Below are positions 52,503 through 64,000 of a stretch of 64,000 bases of DNA, in pieces. Every line of letters starts with the position of its first letter. Position 1 is the first letter of the stretch. Origin of the DNA: Octopus vulgaris (Eukaryota); the NCBI GenBank assembly GCA_951406725.2, contig OX597831.1, positions 63,364,001 through 63,428,000 of the forward strand, written 5' to 3'. The translations under genes were made by a program, and so were the position numbers. The notes under the pieces were generated by a model. It made no database searches, had not been told where the DNA came from, and saw nothing but the letters and a program-made list of their open reading frames with translations.

Positions 52503-53864
52503 GTTGATGCAAAGGTAATGGTCGATATTTTAGCAAACAATTTTACGTAGTATTTTTTTAAATTGTGCCTCCTGCAATGTTTTAAGAATGCCACAATGAG
52601 TAATTTATACATGTTTCTTTCAGATTCTGATTGTATTGGCCATAACCTTTTATTATATTCGCACCCTTGTTCATCCTATCTAAAGATCACATTAGATATA
52701 TCTTACTCTATGAGTTTCATAAAGGTGTCAATGCAAGCACAGCAGCAAAACCTCTTCAGAGAGTTCATAGGGATGATGTAGTGAGTGAAAAAAGTTGCAG
52801 GAGATAGTGCTCTCGCTTCAGACGTGGGAATTTGAGTTTGAAAAACGACCCAAAAGAGGGTCGTTCAAAACAACTTGATTCCGAAGAGTTGGACGCTGTT
52901 GTCACAGCTACTTGTCACAGTCCAACCGCTACTTGTAGAGAACATGCAGAACAGTTTAACGTAGCCCATACAACTGTTCTATGCCATCTGAAAAGGATTG
53001 AAAATGTTTCAGTGGTTGGAATGAATATTTAAATTTATGAAGAATTAGACGCAGTGAATGTAATGAATATTTAAACTTCCGAGAATTTGGAGTCAAAAAA
53101 ATTCAGTAAACTTCAGAAATCGAAATTATAGGAAATTTCTTAGAACTCCCTGTTTTTGATGTGTTGCGAACTGTTTGTAGTCGGTCATTACTTTCACGAC
53201 ATCTTAAAAAACCATTTTTAGGAAGGCATGTTACTGGTGATGAAAAGTGGATCATTCACCATAACGTTAAATGCCACCGATCATGGATCAGTCGAAGAGG
53301 AAGAGCTGTTCAACAAACAAGAGGAGGACTTCATCCAAGGAAGATCATGTTGAGTGCATGGTGGGATATTGAAGGAAGTGCCCATTACGAACTGTTAGAC
53401 AACAATCAAACAATTACTGCTAATCTCTACTGTGATCAACTTCATCGTTTGAAAGCTGCTTTGAACAGAAACCGACCCTGCTTTGGCCACAGAAAGGATG
53501 TCATCTTCCACCATGCTAATGTACATCCTCACACAACTCGACTGACCAAAGATCGCTTGGAAGATCTTGGCTGGGAAATATTGCTTCATCCATATTCTCC
53601 AGACGATGCTCCTTCTGATTATCATTTGTTTAGGACACTATAAATCCATTTGAATAGTCTTATGTTGACATCAAAAGAAGAGGTTGAAAATGAGTTAGGT
53701 TTATATTTTGCATCAAAGCCTAAACAATTTTACAAGAGTGGCATTTATAAGCTTCTTGACAAATGAAATGAAGCTCTAAAAAACAATGGAAATTATGTTA
53801 ACGAATAAATATTGTGTCAACCATGGGCTTTCTCATTTATAATAGAGACCTTTGTACCAACCTG
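52500..53864 (+). mobile_element. Near full-length mariner (DD34D) with a disrupted transposase, in (TA)n
   Basis: TIR CAGGTTG..GCAAAGGT / ACCTTTGTACCAACCTG. Motifs VTGDEKWI, FHHANVHPHT and HPYSPDDAPSDYHLF, with stops and frameshifts. Confidence 0.9.
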
Positions 53865-53900
53865 ATGTATATATACATACAAACATACATACATACATAT

Positions 53901-53950
<50 letters not shown>

Positions 53951-53996
53951 CAAATAATGTAATATATATACATGCATATATAGGTACAGGACGTCA

Positions 53997-54865
53997 CCAA
54001 CGGTGCAAATAATATGAAATACGTAAACAACGAGAAGAAATGAAAAACAGGAAAGTAAGCACAGGTGAACGACCCTTCATCAGTTATCGACTGCCCATCT
54101 ACTCCTCATTTCGAGCATTCAATGACAATATGAGTTTTCAAAGACAGTTGCTTCCATAAATTCTAAAATAAAATTTGGGATTTATGTAGGGCCAAAGTTG
54201 GGAACAAAAACATGACAGTGGAGACATACTAGGAAACCGAACGAAAATGAACATGGAGGGTTGTTAGACCCGATCGAGAGAAAAATAGTGAATGCTGTGA
54301 GAAACATTTATTTGAAAAGCGGAAGGACAGAATGGAGAGAGAGAAAAACATAAGTCCGATATTTTGAACGTCCGTTCGGGAAAAGAAAGATGGAGATGGT
54401 CACGTGTGAGCAACGAGAGAAAGGGGAGAAAGAGGGGAGAGAGAGAAAAAGACAGGTAGAATACGGTGAAGGAGGGATAAAAAGGAATTAGAGAAGAATG
54501 GAAGAAGAAAACAGAATAGCTTAGAGAATCGCAACAAAAAGGTGAAGATAAACTTACATGGAAATGGATGCGTCGTGCGTTCAATTAAATAATAAATAAT
54601 ACATAATATATATATGAGAGCGCCCTGTTTTTATTGCCAATTTTGACTCTCCATAAATCCTAAATTTTATTTTGGAATTTATGGGATAAACTACATTTGA
54701 AGACTCATATTGTCACTGAATGCTCGAAATGAGGAGTTGATAGACAGCCGACAACTGATGAAGGGTCGTCCTCTGTCTTTACTTGTCCTGTTTTCCATTT
54801 TGTCCTCTCGTTGTTTGCGTATTTAACTCGTTTGTTTTCGTATTTCATGTTGTTTACACAGTTAG
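53997..54865. mobile_element. Diverged fold-back element (~220-bp arms, purine-rich spacer) beside (TA)n
   Basis: About 53997-54215 pairs with about 54625-54865. The arms contain AACTGATGAAGGGTCG. Confidence 0.75.
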
Positions 54866-54935
54866 TAAAATCCTAAACATCCAGTTCACTGGTACTTCAG
54901 GTGGACAACATATTAATATCGGTATAATTCAATTA

Positions 54936-55270
54936 TAAAGATAAATTAAATACGGAGATATTCTGTCGACAATCCAATAAGTTATTTGTACTACAATATT
55001 ACATGACATTATATAAATAATTATAAAAACCATTAAAGGCCAACAGATTGTTTCGACTTATATATATTTTTTCTGTGATACATAATCACAGTTCCATTAT
55101 ATATACAGTCACTTCAGGGTCTTTTCTGAACAAAAGACCCTGAAGTGATTATATATATAATGGAACTGTGATTATGTGATATATTATATTCATAGTATTT
55201 AATGTAATATTGTCGTACAAATAAATTATTGGATCGTTAATAGAATATCTCTATATTTAATTTATCTTTA
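54936..55270. mobile_element. Nested fold-back element with a hammerhead motif on the minus strand (55038-55121)
   Basis: Outer arms about 54936-55005 and 55201-55270; inner arms about 55080-55125 and 55132-55178. Minus strand: gacc CTGAAGT gact...agtc GAAAC aatct GTT ggcc. Confidence 0.72.
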
Positions 55271-55333
55271 CACAAACACACATAGGTATATATTATTTAA
55301 TATTTATTATTTAATTGAACGTGGCGCATACAT

Positions 55334-55464
<131 letters not shown>

Positions 55465-55472
55465 CATATATA

Positions 55473-55537
<65 letters not shown>

Positions 55538-55789
55538 TATAATCCATCTAAATGAGTTTCTAAAAATACTCAGTTTCACAAAAAGAAAGAGCAAAAGAAA
55601 GTGACGCGATTCTTCCAAATGCATTTTATTATTGGCACAGTGTATAATTGTAAGTTTTTACCAATATATATATATGTATATATATATATACATACATGCA
55701 TACATATATATGTGCACATATATGCAAGAATGCACACATATATACACATACATACATATAAGCATCAATACATGCAAAAGAGGGAGTAA

Positions 55790-56375
55790 CAACCGATGCA
55801 CACTTTGTGGAATTCACACCCAAGATATTACCCCTATCATAAGCAGTTGTCCGAAAAAGTCATCACGGTATTATTTACCGATGAGACATGATGTTGTAGC
55901 TAGTATACTCTATAATGAAATCCGTCGGAAGGATGACCCCGAGGACAAAGAAATAAGAACCCACAGTATGGTAAAAGCCGCAGCCACTCATAATAAAAAA
56001 GAGTACTGGTAGAATGTCCCAGTGAAGACCTTAATAGAATATAAGCACAACAGGCCTGATATAGTGGTTTGGGATGGAGAAGAGACATTGAGCATAGTTG
56101 TGGAAATTAGCTGCCCAGCGAAAGTTTGCATAAGCTGAAAGAGAGCACCTACGCGAACTATAGAGAAATCTGCAGTTACTCTATCCAAATTACAAGTTCA
56201 CGCTTATACCTGTAATTATTGAGGCCCTGGGATTTGTAATACATTGCCTAAATACCAATCTTGAAAAATTAGGCTTCGCAAAATCAGATAGGAGAAAGCT
56301 AATTCGAAGACTACAGATCCATTCAATCACTGGAACTTTAAAAATCTGTAAAACTTCCTAGAAATTTATCATTTA
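55790..56375 (+). mobile_element. RLE LINE 3' fragment (knuckle and endonuclease)
   Basis: CTLCG...IISSC...YLPMRHDVVA, HNRPDIVVWD...IVVEISCP. Confidence 0.8.
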
Positions 56376-56429
56376 AATATATAACATCATGCCTATATAT
56401 GCAACTATGTGCATGAGAACACATACATA

Positions 56430-56652
56430 AAGTAACACATACAAATCTCCACATATACATACATACATAAATACATGCATACATACATACATACATGCAT
56501 GCATACATACATACATACATACATGCATACATACATACACACATACATACATACATACACACATACATACGTACATACATACATACATACATACATACAT
56601 ACATACAGACATACATACACACACACACACATACATACGTACATACATACAT
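56430..56652. repeat. (CATA)n tract
   Basis: Direct reading. Confidence 0.95.
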
Positions 56653-57037
56653 AACTATCCTGATGTTGATGTTAAATATTCATTACATTCACTGCGTCTA
56701 ATTCTTCATCAATTTAAATATTCATTGCATTCACTGCGGAGTAGATTTCAATGTTTAATAATAAACAATGTTAATTCGTTGCAGGCGACATTTTATGTTT
56801 TCATTTGCAAGTCTCTCATTCTCGCTCACCTCTATTTTCATTAATAATAATTTAATAATAGTTATATAACTTTGATACGTGACACACTTTCAAGAATATT
56901 ATCAGTTTCCGGAGTTTGTTAAATTAATAATTTTGATAAAATGAAAATTTTTAATATACCGGTATACCTTTTTTTTAATGAAATGATTTTGTTGATCTGG
57001 CTACTTTGAACGCTCTAAGCCTTATAATAATAACTAT

Positions 57038-57860
57038 GTGATCGCAAGAATACCACATGCATTTCAAGAAATGGAATTTCCATTCACATTTACACCCAAA
57101 CAATTTCCTGTCACCCCAGCTTTTGCTTTGGCACAGGGACAGACTTTTGAAGAAATTGGAATATATCTTCCAACACAATTCTTCTCACATGGTCAGCTGT
57201 ATGCTGCATTATCTAGAGTTCGAAAGAAGGCTAATGTAAAAATATTGGCGGAGAGAAATGGAAACAGTATCATTACTGACAATTGTGTCCACAAGGAGAT
57301 ACTACTTTAAAGCAAAATATGCTTTCTAGCAAGTTTCAGTAAATAAAATTAACACACAAATTATATATAAAGAAACATATTTGTGTGGAATTAAAATTGT
57401 TTTGGCATATTTCAACACATGCTTAATGAATAGTGTCGTTATATTAGATCATTATAAATTTGGGTATATTTGAAAAAGTAAGAAAGCATCATTTCCATGT
57501 GTTCTCACAGCACCAGACATGTGTGTGTGTGTGTGTGGATGTATTCCTCCGTCCATCCATCCATCCATCCATCCACCATCCATCCATCAATCAATTTATC
57601 TATTTATCTATCTATCTATCTGTCTGTCTATCAGTCAATGCAAACCTATGTAAGTTCTACCAAATATTGATGATAACGGATTGATACTTAAAGAAAGAGA
57701 GATTATGACTGTGATAGAATAATGAAAGTAATATTTACTAAGCTTTTTACAAAGAAATAATTAGACGTAAAATATCATAAAAATTATTAGAATTGAGAAT
57801 CAAAAGTGGAAATATCGAGTGGCCAGCAGAAAACCGTCCGGAGGGCGGCCTGACTGCTAG
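57038..57860 (+). mobile_element. Helitron 3' fragment: PIF1-like helicase C-terminus, terminal hairpin and CTAG
   Basis: KQFPVTPAFA..QGQTF..IGIYL....FSHGQLYAALSRV. Hairpin CCGTCC-GGA-GGGCGG at 57834-57848, then CTAG at 57857-57860 followed by T. Confidence 0.82.
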
Positions 57861-58859
57861 TATATATAATTAAGATTCCGTTGAATTACATAATTAAATT
57901 GAGGCTTCTTGCTAGGTCTGTATAATCAACACACCCAAACAAGATTAATTGAACTTTGAATATCAGGACTCCGTGCAGGGGTGTTTACTCTTGGTAATTC
58001 TATAACATTTTCGAAGTGCAGATTCTATAGTATTTTCGGGGTGCATACAGGTGCAAGAAATATAAATAAATGATAAAAATGTACAAGTGTCAATTCATTA
58101 CAGTCGTTCCAAGCGACTCCTTTAATTGATTAATGAAACATGCATCATTTGAAAGAAACAGTTCTCGTCAGATGACCGCATATACTTCAAACATAAAGGG
58201 TACAGCCATTTTCTTAACATATTCACATCAATAATGGAAGTCAAAATATTTACATTGTTTCTTTTGCCATATCCAGAATATGACAAGATTCGTGTATGTA
58301 TGTATGTATTTAGAGAGAAAGGGGGTAGAAAGGAGAGAGTTAGTATACACACATATATACGCATGTATACATAAATATACTTATGTATGTATGTATATAT
58401 ATTTATAAGTATATACATATATATGTATATGAATATATTGGTGTGTGTGCGTGTGTGTGTTCGTGCGTACATGCGTGGGCGTACGTGTGTGTGTGTGTAT
58501 GTGTGTGTGTGTGTGTGTGTTTCTTTATGTTTGTTCTCCCACCATAGCTTGGAAACTTGTTAATATATTTACGTCCCTTTTATTTAGCGGTTGGGAAACA
58601 TATAACTATCAAATAAGTACCAGACTTCAAAACAAGAGTATAATTAATTGCGCAAAATTCTTTCGAATAAAGTTCTTCAAGGTAGTGCACCAGCATGGCC
58701 GCATAATAGCGAATGAAACAAGTAGAAGATAAAAGATGAAAGATGGATGACAATGTATTACATAATTCACATTGCAGTTTGATTCGGCGTCATCTAATAT
58801 AATATATTGAAATATTTCGCATACTTTGATAAACTTCTTGTTACTATGTGTATGTTTCT

Positions 58860-59413
58860 TATTTCTTTACTGCCCACAAGGGGATACACACAGAGGGGAC
58901 AAACAAGGACAGACAAACGGATTTAGTCGATTATATCGACCCCAGTGCATAACTGGTACTTATTTAATCGACCCTGAAAGGATGAAAGGAAAATATACAC
59001 GCATACCCGTGTATATGATTTTATATATATACTCTTTTACTTGTTTGAGTCATTTGACTGCGGCTATGCTGGAGCACCGCCTTTAGTCGAGTAAATCGAC
59101 CCCAGGACTTATTCTTTGTAAGCCTAATACTTATTCTATCGGTCTTTTGCCGACCCGCTTAGTTACGGGGACGTAAACACACCAGCACCGGTTGTCAAGC
59201 GATGTTGGGGGTACAAACACACACAAACTCACACACACACATATACATATATATATACACATATACGACGGGCTTTTTCAGTTTCCGTCTACCAAATCTA
59301 CTCAACCCGAGGCTATAGTAAAAGACACTTGTCCAATGTGCCACGCAGTGGGACTGAACCCGGAACCATGTGGTTGGTAAGCAAGCTACTTACCACACAG
59401 CCACTCCTGCGCC
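58860..59413 (-). mobile_element. SINE B 3' half (58860-58990) and SINE A copy (59030-59413)
   Basis: Family motifs in reverse complement. Confidence 0.85.
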
Positions 59414-59912
59414 TATATATATATATATATATATATATTAATTGCAGCGTGGAAGGTGTTTATAATCCATTTAAGAAACACACAAAAACCGTTAGATTCA
59501 CTTCCACATCTAAATTTAATTTGCCATAATATATTCGTCGCTTTGAGACCGCAGCCTGTTCAATGATAAATCTTCGTACTGCAGCACTCGCTATGCAAGT
59601 GCATCTCCGTATATATATATATATCATATATCATATATCATATATAACATATGTATATACGTGTCTCTGTACACACATTTGCACATCAGTCTGACTGTGT
59701 ATCGGTCAACAACTTTGCATGATATTTACGTATCGGTAAACACAGACAGTATATATATAGACAGATACAAAAATATAATATAAATATACACGTTTGTGAA
59801 GCTGACAGAATGATTGATTTTTTGTTTGATGATGAGATTGTGGATTTGTAAATATATACAGATTCTTACGTTTGCATGTCTGAGGTAGTTAGAGACAGAT
59901 AAACGCATAAAG

Positions 59913-59913
<1 letters not shown>

Positions 59914-59995
<82 letters not shown>
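59914..59995. repeat. (GATA)n tract
   Basis: Direct reading. Confidence 0.95.
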
Positions 59996-61572
59996 CAATT
60001 AAGCAATAAATAAGCGATAATCAGATACCAGATGAGGGGTATAGACAGAAAAGTAAAGAGAACGTAATACCACACAGAAGAGGAGACAAAAAATTAAATT
60101 AGTTGACAGGAAAATAGACTAAGAGACCAAACCAGTTGGCGAGCAGAAAAAAGAAACATGCGCAAGCAAACAGACTGATATCTCTCTAAGATCGTTGTTC
60201 TTATTCTACAAATTATATTAAGCCAAACCCTCACTACCAGTGTTTTCAGATGTAAATGAAGGCAGGCTTAATAATGTGCTGCTTCGATAATGGCGTCTGA
60301 TAAAACGGAAAGATTTTCAGCTGCTATTTTGCCAGCTATTCCTTTTTTATCTTTTATTTTTAGTTGGTCCAGTTATTTGACAGCGGCCATGCTGGAGGCA
60401 CAACCTTGAAGGGCTTTTCTTCGAACAAAGCGACCCCAGTACGTACTTTTATTTAAACTTAGAACTTATTCAGTTGCTAAGTTACGGGGACTCAGGGACG
60501 TAAACACAGCAACACCGGTTGTCAAGCGATGGTGGCGGGGAGAAACACTAACACAAGGACACACAAACACACACATAGATATGTGCATATATATATATAT
60601 ATGTATGAGAGAGTATTGTAGTTCGCTTGAAGCATTGTGCATTGTAAGTGTTGGAAAACCGATTATAGCAGTGACTCGATCAATTCCTAGGAATATCTGA
60701 AGAAGGAATTTTTGTATACCGAACTATTATTATTATATCAGACTATGGATAATTAAGTTATAACAGTTATTACAGGCAACCAAGATACACTATCATGGGT
60801 AACTGGAATACTTTCTACGAGGAGAGGAGAGACTATACACCTTTGTTTTCATATCGTATATCAGAATTTAATTTTTTCCGGCTATTCTATCACCCTATAA
60901 ACTTATGATGCTGCCTCAAATAACTCACAGTTCATACTTCCACTTTTGATCAAAAACTACTCGCTAACACTTAATATGATATAAACTGTGGTATTTATAT
61001 GTCTTCTTTAAAGAGTATGCCTCTGTGGTAAATATTTAATTTAGATTATAGACTAGACCAAAATAAGTGGAATGCATGACTGGTTTACAACCGTGCTGGC
61101 GTTATACTATAACAGTAATTTCATTATAGGCTCAACGCCATTTAAATGTTTACCTGTTGGGTTAAAAAACATTTCTATGATACACATTAAAGTTTTTCAA
61201 AAACATTTCTTTTCCAAGGTCATGACTAGCAATTTGTAAAAGTTTGTAGTTGGTTTACAGCAGTGTCTAGTATGTCACAGTTATGCCATCAGACCTACAC
61301 CTATGAGCACATCCATTATTAAATGATAAACAAAGCAAGGAGTAAACATGTAAACAAGTTGTCGTCTCCTTGGTGAATATCTAGCATGTTCAAACATTGG
61401 CAGTAAATGTCAAAGTGAATAAAGTTGAATCTGAAAAATGTTAGTAATGGCTTGTGCTAGCAAATAGTAAATGCAAACAGTTTATGAAATGGAATTAGTT
61501 TACTGTGAAGCAGAAAAGAGATATCACAAGTTTTAGGCAAAGTCCTTCATTGGTGTGATAAGAAATGTACGC

Positions 61573-61950
61573 GGCGAAATGGTAGAAACGTTAGTACGCC
61601 AGGCGAAATGCGTAGCCGTATTTCGTCTGCTGTTATGTTCGGAGTTCAAATTCCGCCGAGGTTGACTTTGCCTTTCATCCTTTCGGGGTCGATAAATTAA
61701 GTACCAGTTACGCACTGGGGTCGATATAATCGGCTTAATCGGTCTGTTTGTCCTTGTTTGTTTCCTCTGTGTTTCCTTGTGGGTAGTAAAGAAATAGGTA
61801 TTTCGTCTGCCGTTACGTTCTGATTTCAAATTCCGCCGAGGTCGATAAATTAAGTACCAGTTACGCACTGGGGTCGATATAATCGACTTAATCCCTTTGT
61901 CTGTCCTTGTTTGTCCCCTCTATGTTTGGCCCCTTGTGGGCAATAACGAA
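61573..61950 (+). mobile_element. Dimeric SINE family B with 15-bp TSD
   Basis: ATAAGAAATGTACGC at 61558-61572 and 61951-61965 brackets both units. Confidence 0.9.
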
Positions 61951-62160
61951 ATAAGAAATGTACGCCATTAGCAAATTAGATATAAGGTCACATATTTTCA
62001 TAAGGGTGTGAGAGAAATAGTAAAAGGAAAGTTTGCATTAATTTCTACTTATTAGCGTTGGTGTAACTATATGTGTATAGTTGCATTCAAAATGTGACCG
62101 CGTGTGTATCGCTGGTGATTTTTTTCCTGTCTTCCTTTCTTGGATCTTTCCTTTTTCTAT

Positions 62161-62195
62161 GTTTCTGACGAAGAGCTCCGCTCGAAACGTTAAAC
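62161..62195 (+). ncRNA. Minimal type I hammerhead motif
   Basis: GTTT CTGACGA a GAGC tcc GCTC GAAACGTT AAAC. Stem I is 4 bp, stem II is 4 bp, and stem III is reduced to the palindrome AACGTT. Confidence 0.7.
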
Positions 62196-62423
62196 CCTCC
62201 TTCTTTCTTTCCTTTCCTGAGCGGCCAATAACACTATACTTGTTCCGCGTCCTCGCGTTGTTGTTTTCATGTTTGGATTAACTTTATATGTGTACTCGCA
62301 TACACAAATACATATTTCACTGCTGAATGAAGTAATGCTGTCCCCAAACCCCAACTATTTGCATTTGTTCCACACAACGAATGCTACAAATAGGTAGTTA
62401 TTGATGGAAATATATCTCACAAA

Positions 62424-63780
62424 TTTACTGAGAACAGATAGGGTGAGAATGAAAATTATACAAGACTTGAAAATGATATGAGAGTCACTACGTTTCCCTT
62501 ACAGAACAATATCCCACAATGCACTTACACAATGCCACTACTGGTAGCAAAATCTGGAATTACTGACTGTTTTACATAGTAAATCCACTCTAAAGATATT
62601 AAACAGTGATTCCTAACGGGTGGCATATGCCCCACCTATGGAACAAGGGAAAATTGTAGTGGGGCGTTGAATCCAAAATCTTTTTTTTTTTTTTAGAGAG
62701 ACACAGAATCGTGAAAAATGTTTTTTAACACCGAACATACTACACCTATACTCAGCATAGTCAAACAAATCTCTCGAACCAAACGAATCTCTCGAGCGAA
62801 ACACACTGTGTGAAGACTGTTTGCTACAGTATAGCGCTATTTTAATGCCTTAGTGTGGATATTTCTTTAAGAAAAATATATAATTATGAAATAGCAAAGA
62901 TAAAGTTGTCTTTTCCTACCATGCGTGGGGCATATATTTTTTCTGGAAATTTATGGTGGGGCCTGGGGGAAATAAGTTAGGAAACATTATATTAAAACCT
63001 ATATGATTCTCAATCTGACGCATACTTCCACAGAAGTGATGATATTAACAAATTCTATGCCAGAAGAAAAAAGTGAATAGGCTATAGATCAGTGCAGGCA
63101 AATTTTGAGTGTCATATCGCATCTTCAGATAATATTTGCTAAACAAGAAAAGAAAAAAATGAATGCATCAATCAAGTGCTTAAAAGTAGAGTGCAACATT
63201 CTCTGCATAATATCTTCTGTCGGATATCTGTCTAGAAAATGCCGCAAAATATATTATTACAGCTCATTTGGGGCTAATCATGTTACTTACAACGATACTG
63301 GTTGCCAGGCATAGGAAAGGCTGCTCTGGGTAAACATAGGCTCTGTTATTGAATACATACATATCAGCAAAAAGGACATTAGTGTAACAATCTCACCAAG
63401 ACTTTCATTTATTTTCCATGGAAAAACGAAAGAAGCCTGATACAGTTAATTGAGACCAAAGAGCAAATTCTCCGCTGTAACAGAACTTAACTGCCCAAGT
63501 TTACTGAGAACAGATAGAGTGAGAATGAAAATTATACAAGACTTGAAAATGATATGACAGTCACTGCATTCCCCTTACAGAACAATATCCCACAATGCAC
63601 TTATACAATGCCACTACTGGTAGCAAAATTTGGAATGGCTGACTGTTTTACATGGTAAATCCACTCTAAAGATATTAAAAAGTTATTCCCAATGGGTGGC
63701 ATATGCCCCACCTAAGGAACAAGGGAAAATTGTAGTAGGGCATTGGAACCAAATTTTTTTTCTTTTTCTAGAGAGACATA
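62424..63780 (+). repeat. Local direct duplication of ~280 bp (62424-62705 and 63500-63780)
   Basis: Collinear, moderately diverged copies at an offset of 1076 bp. Confidence 0.9.
62604..62988. mobile_element. hAT (Charlie-like) MITE with 8-bp TSD
   Basis: CAGTGATTCCTAAC...GTTAGGAAACATT. TSD ATATTAAA at 62596-62603 and 62989-62996. Confidence 0.7.
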
Positions 63781-64000
63781 GAAGTGAGCATTTCTTTCAA
63801 AATCAGTTTAAAGGAGAATATTTATAACTTCCAACTTTAAAATTTGCATCTGTTTCACTCCCAGTATATATCGGAACAAAAAGTTATGGTATTTAAGGTG
63901 AAGAACGTGTGTAAAAGGGCCTAAATAATACGCATATTACAAATAGTCTCTAACCGGAATAGGGGAATTATGTAAAATTTGTATTTTCAAGTTGGATGTG

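Overview
AT-rich, microsatellite-saturated eukaryotic DNA with no convincing host exon, probably intergenic or intronic. The SINE set and repeat load suggest an octopus, but that is inference. Most ORFs in the track are translated simple repeats. Identifiable elements: three tRNA-type SINE families, a young 5'-truncated Tx1/L1-like LINE (757-aa open ORF) inserted in a mariner relic, several R4/Dong-like RLE LINE relics at (TAA)n, CR1 and RTE fragments, four Tc1/mariner relics, a hAT MITE, a Helitron 3' end, and a Penelope-like RT relic with a 5' inversion and a solo LTR. Two less expected systems stand out. (1) About ten short non-coding inserts, mostly in or beside (TA)n tracts and mostly unrelated in sequence, carry type I hammerhead ribozyme (HHR) motifs, often inside long fold-back repeats. 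One HHR is fully canonical, and one insert is a circularly permuted 352-nt monomer resembling a retrozyme. (2) Two GG...CC MITE families with 8-bp TSDs share an internal telomeric (CCCTAA)n module. All alignments and folds were read by eye, so ends of degenerate elements are approximate.
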